Source of the DNA: an uncultured Actinomycetota bacterium
GTDB taxonomy: Bacteria; Actinomycetota; UBA4738; HRBIN12
Length of the DNA stretch: 64,000 bases
Assembly: GCA_963762745.1 (NCBI GenBank)
Contig: CAVXMB010000005.1
Coordinates: 146,536-210,535 of the forward strand
Reading direction: 5' to 3'
Part shown: piece after piece, positions 58,128-64,000 of the stretch
Layout of the letters: each line of letters starts with the position of its first letter
How positions within the stretch are numbered: the first letter of the stretch is position 1
Translations under genes and position numbers: made by a program
The notes under the pieces: generated by a model
Database searches by the model: none
What the model was told of the DNA's origin: nothing
The model's input: only the letters and a program-made list of their open reading frames with translations

Positions 58128-59624
58128 ATGACCGTGGAACGGATCAGCCACTGGATCGGGGGCAAGGTCGTGCCCGGCGAGTCCGGACGGACCGGCCCGG
58201 TGTTCAACCCGGCGACGGGCGAGCAGACACACGAAGTGGACTTCGCGACCACCGAGGTGGTCGGCGAGGCCGTCGCAGCGGCGGCCGAAGCCTTCCCCGG
58301 ATGGCGCGCCACGTCGCTCTCGAAGCGCGCTGAGGTCATGTTCCGGATCCGCGAGCTGCTGGACGACCGCAAGGCAGAGGTCGCGGCCGCGATCACGGCG
58401 CAGCACGGCAAGGTGCTTTCCGACGCGATGGGCGAGGTGCAGCGCGGTCTCGAGAACGTTGAGTTCGCCTGCGGGATCCCCAGCTTGTTGAAGGGCGGAT
58501 TCACGGAGCAGGCCTCGACCGGGGTCGACGTGTACTCGATCCGGCAGCCGCTCGGCGTCGTGGCGGGGATCACGCCCTTCAACTTCCCCGCGATGGTGCC
58601 GCTCTGGATGCTCACGAACGCGATCGCCTGCGGGAACACGTTCGTCCTCAAGCCGTCGGAGAAGGACCCCGGCGCGTCCCTCCTGCTGGCGGAGCTGCTC
58701 CGCGACGCCGGCGTGCCCGACGGCGTCTTCAACGTCGTCCACGGCGACAAGGTCGCCGTGGACGCGATCCTCGATCATCCCGACATCGAGGCGGTGTCGT
58801 TCGTCGGTTCGACCCCGATCGCGAAATACATCTACGAGCACGGCACCCAGGCGGGCAAACGCGTCCAAGCGCTCGGCGGCGCGAAGAACCACATGATCGT
58901 CCTGCCGGACGCCGACCTCGACATGGCGGCCGACGCCGCCGTCTCCGCCGGCTACGGCAGCGCCGGCGAGCGCTGCATGGCGATCTCCGCCGTCGTCGCC
59001 GTCGGCGGGATCGCCGACGAGCTCGTCGGGAAGATCGCCGACAGGCTCCCGAACGTGAAGGTCGGACCCGGAACCGATCCGGAGTCGGAGATGGGGCCGC
59101 TCGTCACCCGGGAACACCGCGACAAGGTGGCGGGCTATCTGGACTCGTCGGCCGAACAGGGCGCGACCGTGGTCACGGACGGACGGAAGGACGCGGCGTT
59201 CGAGGGCGACGGGTTCTTCCTCGGGGTGTCGCTGATCGATCACGTGACCGAGGGTATGGACGCCTACCGGGACGAGATCTTCGGTCCCGTCCTCTCCGTG
59301 GTCCGCGTCGACACCTACGACGAGGCGTTGAAGATGGTCAACGACAACCCCTACGGGAACGGCGTCGCGATCTTCACCCGCGACGGCGGCGCGGTCCGCC
59401 AGTTCCAGTTCGACGTGAACGTCGGCATGGTCGGCGTGAACGTGCCGATCCCGGTACCGGTCGCCTACTACTCCTTCGGCGGATGGAAGAACTCGTTGTT
59501 CGGCGACAACCACATGTACGGTCCCGAAGGCATCCAGTTCTACACGCGAGGGAAGGTCGTCACGGCGCGCTGGCCCGATCCGGCCACTTCCGCCGTCGAC
59601 CTCGGGTTCCCCAGGACTCGCTGA
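58128..59624 (+). CDS. mmsA: CoA-acylating (methyl)malonate-semialdehyde dehydrogenase
   Basis: PFNFPAMVP, KPSEKDP, FVGSTPIA, GGAKNH, AGERCMA, NVPIPVP. Confidence 0.93.
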   Translation: MTVERISHWIGGKVVPGESGRTGPVFNPATGEQTHEVDFATTEVVGEAVAAAAEAFPGWRATSLSKRAEVMFRIRELLDDRKAEVAAAITAQHGKVLSDAMGEVQRGLENVEFACGIPSLLKGGFTEQASTGVDVYSIRQPLGVVAGITPFNFPAMVPLWMLTNAIACGNTFVLKPSEKDPGASLLLAELLRDAGVPDGVFNVVHGDKVAVDAILDHPDIEAVSFVGSTPIAKYIYEHGTQAGKRVQALGGAKNHMIVLPDADLDMAADAAVSAGYGSAGERCMAISAVVAVGGIADELVGKIADRLPNVKVGPGTDPESEMGPLVTREHRDKVAGYLDSSAEQGATVVTDGRKDAAFEGDGFFLGVSLIDHVTEGMDAYRDEIFGPVLSVVRVDTYDEALKMVNDNPYGNGVAIFTRDGGAVRQFQFDVNVGMVGVNVPIPVPVAYYSFGGWKNSLFGDNHMYGPEGIQFYTRGKVVTARWPDPATSAVDLGFPRTR

Positions 59625-59690
59625 TCAGGCGATCGGGATCGAGTGGCCTGGGCGGGATCCGGCCGCGCCCAGTGACGAAAGAACCGCCGA

Positions 59691-60734
59691 TCAGCTGAGC
59701 TCATCGACGGGGAGCGGGTGGCTCGCGAAGAATGACAGCACCTGAGCTGTTGCATCCGTTCCGGGGCTCGGGGACCAATCATGTCCGCCTCCCTCGATCA
59801 CCTCGAGCACCACGTCGCCTCCCGATCGGCAGTTCCGGTACGCCGTCGTCTCGACCGCTGACCCCGACTCCACGGCCGGGTCGATGAGGCGGCATGCGTT
59901 CCGTCTCGCCCACGACTCGACCCAGGACGTGACCGGCGTCCCGGTGACGGCAGCGATCATCCGGAGCTGCGCCCCGCTCCCACCGCTTCCGCGGACGATG
60001 TCACGGACGACGTCCGCAGCCGGTCCGACATCCTCTTCGGAGAGCGGAACCACATCGTCGGCGGATCCGTGCATGACGATGATCGGCATCGGACGCCCAC
60101 GGCAATCGGGCAACAGGTGGACCCCCGCCACGGCGGCGACGGCAGCAACCCGATCGCTCAGCGCACACCCGAGCGTCGCCGCGAACATGCCTCCGTTGGA
60201 GAATCCCGACACGAAGATCCTCCTCCGATCGATGCACAGGTCGGCCTCGACGCGATCGAGGACCTCAGCAGTGAACCCGATGTCGTCGGCGAGCGATGGA
60301 TCGTGGACCGTCTCGAGATTGAAATAGGCGGGGGTCGTTCCTTCGACGTCGGACCCGCTTGGAAAGACCGCGACGAATCCATCGGCGAGGGCACGCGCCG
60401 CAAGCCCGGACCTGAGGGCTTGGTCCTCGCTCGAATTGCTGAAACCGTGGAAGCTCAACACGACCGGCATGGCCACGCCCTGTGCCGTCTCCGGCACGAC
60501 GATGTCGTACGCTCGCTCGATCCCATCGTGTCGGAACGACTCGGACCGTGATCCAGGTGATACGCCTTCGTTGCACCCGGCACTCTCGACCGCGGGAGCG
60601 ATCGCGGTCGGCGGCGACGTCGCCGGGCTGCCCTGCGTCGGTGATCCATCGGGATCTCCGGTGGTCGGGCTGCACGCGCCGGCGATCACGACAGCCAACA
60701 GGATGGTGAGGCGATACCGACGGGCTCCCTGCAT
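59691..60734 (-). CDS. PHB-depolymerase/LpqC-like esterase lipoprotein
   Basis: AGAC lipobox, FHG, GFSNGG nucleophile, HGSADDVVP, GGGHDW. Confidence 0.85.
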   Translation of the reverse strand: MQGARRYRLTILLAVVIAGACSPTTGDPDGSPTQGSPATSPPTAIAPAVESAGCNEGVSPGSRSESFRHDGIERAYDIVVPETAQGVAMPVVLSFHGFSNSSEDQALRSGLAARALADGFVAVFPSGSDVEGTTPAYFNLETVHDPSLADDIGFTAEVLDRVEADLCIDRRRIFVSGFSNGGMFAATLGCALSDRVAAVAAVAGVHLLPDCRGRPMPIIVMHGSADDVVPLSEEDVGPAADVVRDIVRGSGGSGAQLRMIAAVTGTPVTSWVESWARRNACRLIDPAVESGSAVETTAYRNCRSGGDVVLEVIEGGGHDWSPSPGTDATAQVLSFFASHPLPVDELS

Positions 60735-60841
60735 CGGCGGAGGATAGGCTGTGAAGCGCCCGCGTCCTACATGGCCAGCACTCCAAGGCGACTGCGGCAC
60801 CATGATGGACGAGAAGGCGACGAGCCCATAGGGAGGTTCTG

Positions 60842-61300
60842 GTGGCGGACGTGCAGGAGCTGCTGCAGCGTGAGGAGACGGCCTGGGCCGAGTTCGTGGC
60901 CGAGGTCGGCAGGGTCCCCGAGCATCGACGCGGCGACGACGGCGTGGTCCCCGGCTGGTCCGTGAACGACCTCGTGTTCCACAACGGGAAGTGGGCGGGG
61001 GTGGCCGCCGAGAAGCTGGCGCGGATCCGCGACGCCGGGAACGCGGGCGAGGAGGACCCCGACGAGGTCTGGCAGGGCAAGAACGCGCTCTGGGCCGCGG
61101 AGTCGAAGTCGATGCTGTTCCAGGAGGCGATGTCCCGCGCCCTCGCCGACCGGAAGGCCGCCCGGGAGGCGTTGAGCGCACTCTCCGAGGTCACCGACGA
61201 AGCGGCGTCCTGGTTCAAGGAAGAGACGTTCGACCACTACCAGGAGCACACGGAGGAGGTCAGTCGCTTCGCCGACAGCCTCGGGGTTCCGGAGAGGTAA
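60842..61300 (+). CDS. DinB/YfiT-like four-helix bundle protein
   Basis: GWSVNDLVFH...HYQEH His-triad pattern; GGAGG RBS. Confidence 0.75.
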   Translation: MADVQELLQREETAWAEFVAEVGRVPEHRRGDDGVVPGWSVNDLVFHNGKWAGVAAEKLARIRDAGNAGEEDPDEVWQGKNALWAAESKSMLFQEAMSRALADRKAAREALSALSEVTDEAASWFKEETFDHYQEHTEEVSRFADSLGVPER

Positions 61301-61338
61301 CGCTCGGGCACCACGGCCTCCTGTTCCTCGACGCTCCC

Positions 61339-61911
61339 TCAGGGGTCGTAGCGCATGAACCAGATGTGCGGGCCTCCGCCGGGTGCGTCATCGTCCACGA
61401 TCGTGCGGAAGCCGCGCCGCTCGTAGTACGCGACGTTCCCCGCTCGTCCCGTTTCGAGGAAGGCAGGAACACCGTCGCGATCGGCGAAGCCGAGCCCGTG
61501 CCGGATCAGCGCCGCCCCGAGCCCGGCGCCGCGGTGCTCCGACGCCACGGCGAGGTGATCGAGATACCAGAACGGCTCGCGCGGGAAGTTATCGGCGATC
61601 CACTCCCACATTTCCTCGTGTCGGGATCCCGCAGCCGCAAGCGTGGGGCGCATCGATCGGTCGATGTCCATCATCACCTGGTCGCTCCCAGGCGGGATCC
61701 AGGCCGCGACGCCGAGCCCGGCGCCCGCTTCCCAGAGCCAGCCGAGCTCGGCGATCTGCTCGTCGAACGCGCGGAAGAAGTTGGTGATCACCTCGGTCTG
61801 TTCTGCACCGAACGGCCAGACGAGCATCGGATCGTCCGTAAATGCGCGGCCGAGGAGCGCGGCGAGATCGGGGACGCGGTCGACTGATGCCTGGACAACC
61901 GGCTCGGACAT
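61339..61911 (-). CDS. GNAT family N-acetyltransferase
   Basis: AFTDDP, WYLDHLAV..HRGAGLG, AFLET...NVAYYERRGF. Confidence 0.9.
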   Translation of the reverse strand: MSEPVVQASVDRVPDLAALLGRAFTDDPMLVWPFGAEQTEVITNFFRAFDEQIAELGWLWEAGAGLGVAAWIPPGSDQVMMDIDRSMRPTLAAAGSRHEEMWEWIADNFPREPFWYLDHLAVASEHRGAGLGAALIRHGLGFADRDGVPAFLETGRAGNVAYYERRGFRTIVDDDAPGGGPHIWFMRYDP

Positions 61912-61986
61912 CGGCGGAGCGTACCGTGTGCCGCCTCGGGTCCTCCGTCGCCTATCCTTGCGTTCCCGGCTACGGAGGATGCATCG

Positions 61987-63153
61987 ATGCTCGAGCAGGA
62001 GACGATCAGGGAGCGCGAGGGGCGATGGAAGCCGCGCCCCACGTTGAGCGGCAGCGACTACACGGATCCCGCGGTCTGGGAAGAGGAGCGCGAGCGGATC
62101 TGGTTCGGCGACTGGGTGTGCCTGGGGCGGGCCGAGGAGGTCGCCAACTCCGGTGATTACCTCGTCCGGGACCTCGCGGGGGAGTCGATCTTCGTCACGC
62201 GCAACGCAGAGGGTGAGCTCCACGGCTTCTACAACGTCTGCTCGCACCGAGGCACGAAGTTCCTCGACGACGAGCCCACCAGCGGCAACGTCCGCAAGGC
62301 GTTCGTCTGCCCCTACCACTCCTGGACCTACGACCTGAACGGGTGTCTGATCGGCACGCCGAACGTCAGGGAGGACGAGCACTTCGACCGGGGGCAGTAC
62401 CCGCTCCACGGCTTCCCGGTCGACACCTACGCCGGGTTCCTGTTCGTGAACCTCGCTCGCGAGCCGCGGCCGCTCCTCGAGTCCCTGAACGACGGCGTCG
62501 AGAGCGTAACCGCGTTCGATCGCTTCGGGATGGAGGATCTCCGGATCGGCGCGCGGATCGTCTACGAGGTGAAGGCGAACTGGAAGATCGTGGTGGAGAA
62601 CTACAACGAGTGCCTCCACTGCCCGGTCGTCCATCCCGAGCTCGTCCAAGTGGTCCCACTGTTCCGGTTCGGCGAGGTCTGGGACGGCGAGACCCGCGAC
62701 GGGGGAAACGACATGGTGGACGGTGCCCGCTCCTTCACGATGACCGGCCGCTCCGAGCTACCGGCCCTCCCCGGTCTGCTCGACGAGGACATGAACCGCT
62801 ATTACGGCGCGTACCAGTTCCCGAACCTGCTGCTGAACATCCATCCCGACTGCGTCATGTACTACGTCGGCTACCCGACGGGGCCCGGGCACACCACGGT
62901 CGTGTCGGAGTATCTGTTCCGACCGGAGACGATCGCCGATCCCGCGGTGTTCAAGCCGGAGCCCGTTGTCGAGCTGTGGGACCTGATCTCCAAGCAGGAC
63001 TGGGAGGTCTGCGAGCGCGCGCAGATCGGGGTGGGGTCGCGCGCGTTCACGACCGGCGTATACCCGCGCCAGGACCGGTACCTGTACGCGTTCAACGAGA
63101 GCTACCGAGCGAAGATGGGTCGCGCGAAGCTCGGCCGGGGGCCGGTCGACTGA
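61987..63153 (+). CDS. Rieske non-heme iron oxygenase alpha subunit (GbcA / choline monooxygenase-like)
   Basis: CSHRG...CPYHSW Rieske motif; NWK..ENYNECLHC..VHP; QDWEVCE. Confidence 0.9.
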   Translation: MLEQETIREREGRWKPRPTLSGSDYTDPAVWEEERERIWFGDWVCLGRAEEVANSGDYLVRDLAGESIFVTRNAEGELHGFYNVCSHRGTKFLDDEPTSGNVRKAFVCPYHSWTYDLNGCLIGTPNVREDEHFDRGQYPLHGFPVDTYAGFLFVNLAREPRPLLESLNDGVESVTAFDRFGMEDLRIGARIVYEVKANWKIVVENYNECLHCPVVHPELVQVVPLFRFGEVWDGETRDGGNDMVDGARSFTMTGRSELPALPGLLDEDMNRYYGAYQFPNLLLNIHPDCVMYYVGYPTGPGHTTVVSEYLFRPETIADPAVFKPEPVVELWDLISKQDWEVCERAQIGVGSRAFTTGVYPRQDRYLYAFNESYRAKMGRAKLGRGPVD

Positions 63154-63644
63154 TGGCGATCAAGCGTATGAACCACGCCGTCCTCTACGTACGCGACGCG
63201 GAGAAGACCTACGAGTTCTACCGGGACGTGTTCGGGTTCCGGGTCGTGATGGAGCTGCCGGGGGCGAAGTTCCTCCAGGCGCCGGATTCGGAGAACGACC
63301 ACGACCTCGGCCTCTTCAGCATCGGGGATGAGGCGGGCGCATCGACGGCGGGACGATCGACGGTCGGGCTGTACCACATCGCGTGGGAGGTCCAGACGCT
63401 CGGCGATCTCCGCGAGATCGCGCAGAAGCTCACGGAGGCGGGCGCGCTGACGGGCGCCACGGACCACAGCACGACCAAGGCGCTCTACGGCCGCGACCCT
63501 GACGGATTGGAGTTCGAGGTCTGTTGGATCGTGCCGAAGGAGCTCCAGACGCCGGAGATCGAGGACGAGCGTGCCCGGATGCGGCCGCTCGACATCGAGG
63601 CCGAGATCGAGCGTTTCGGTCTCCAGACGGTCGGCGGTATCTGA
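63153..63644 (+). CDS. VOC (glyoxalase-like) family protein
   Basis: NHAVLYV, GLYHIAW, YGRDPDGLEFEV; start overlaps the Rieske stop. Confidence 0.88.
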   Translation: MAIKRMNHAVLYVRDAEKTYEFYRDVFGFRVVMELPGAKFLQAPDSENDHDLGLFSIGDEAGASTAGRSTVGLYHIAWEVQTLGDLREIAQKLTEAGALTGATDHSTTKALYGRDPDGLEFEVCWIVPKELQTPEIEDERARMRPLDIEAEIERFGLQTVGGI

Positions 63645-63647
63645 GAG

Positions 63648-63998
63648 TCAGGCGGTCTCGAGCAGCCCGCGCTTGGAGCGGATGCGACGGTCGATGGGGC
63701 CGACGATCAGGTACTCGACGGCCACCCCTATCACCGCGATCACCGCAACGATCGCGAGGAGCGAGGCGACGTCGTTTCCCGCGCGGTCGAGCAGGTGCCC
63801 GAGCCCGCTGGCCCCCGTCGCCTGGACGATCAGCTCGCCCGCCATCAGCGCCTTCCAGGTGAACCCCCAGGCCTGCTGCATGCCGGCCATGTAAGCGGGG
63901 AGGGCCGCGGGGAACACGACCGACCGCTGCAGCTCCCACCCGGTCGCCCCGAGCGTCCGCCCCGCTCGTACGAACAGGGGCGGGACCTGGCGGATCCC
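63648..63998 (-). CDS. ABC permease (NitT/TauT/SsuC type), 5' truncated by the window edge
   Basis: RAGRTLGA..VVFPAALP, W..LMAGEL, GLGHLL. Confidence 0.85.
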   Translation of the reverse strand, partial: GIRQVPPLFVRAGRTLGATGWELQRSVVFPAALPAYMAGMQQAWGFTWKALMAGELIVQATGASGLGHLLDRAGNDVASLLAIVAVIAVIGVAVEYLIVGPIDRRIRSKRGLLETA

Positions 63999-64000
63999 CT

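Overview
High-GC (~69%) chromosomal segment that looks actinobacterial: F420-dependent LLM enzyme, MMPL transporter, Hanks kinase and many apparently leaderless genes. It has about 60 CDS; I found no rRNA, tRNA, CRISPR array or transposase. Nitrogenous one-carbon and amine catabolism dominates: betA, a BetB-like ALDH, a Rieske oxygenase, a dimethylglycine-oxidase-like GcvT/FAD enzyme, a DmdA-like demethylase, soxBDAG, metF, a polyamine ABC transporter with two binding proteins, and a ureohydrolase/CE4-hydrolase/NCS1/SDR operon. The best candidate for an undescribed system is at 28.3-34.3 kb, divergent from betA: an AbiEii/DUF1814-like nucleotidyltransferase, two paralogous calcineurin-like metallophosphoesterases, an APC permease and an ALDH. 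Also notable are two inverted PAS-GGDEF-EAL paralogues (one with a degenerate GGDEF, one behind a sigma-28-like promoter), a TetR/MMPL divergon with three visible operators, and a ~1.7-kb low-GC islet encoding a metzincin-like protease plus a small membrane protein. Several genes are broken by single-base indels, mostly in G/C runs, which are probably sequencing errors. All calls are by eye from motifs; no database search was run.
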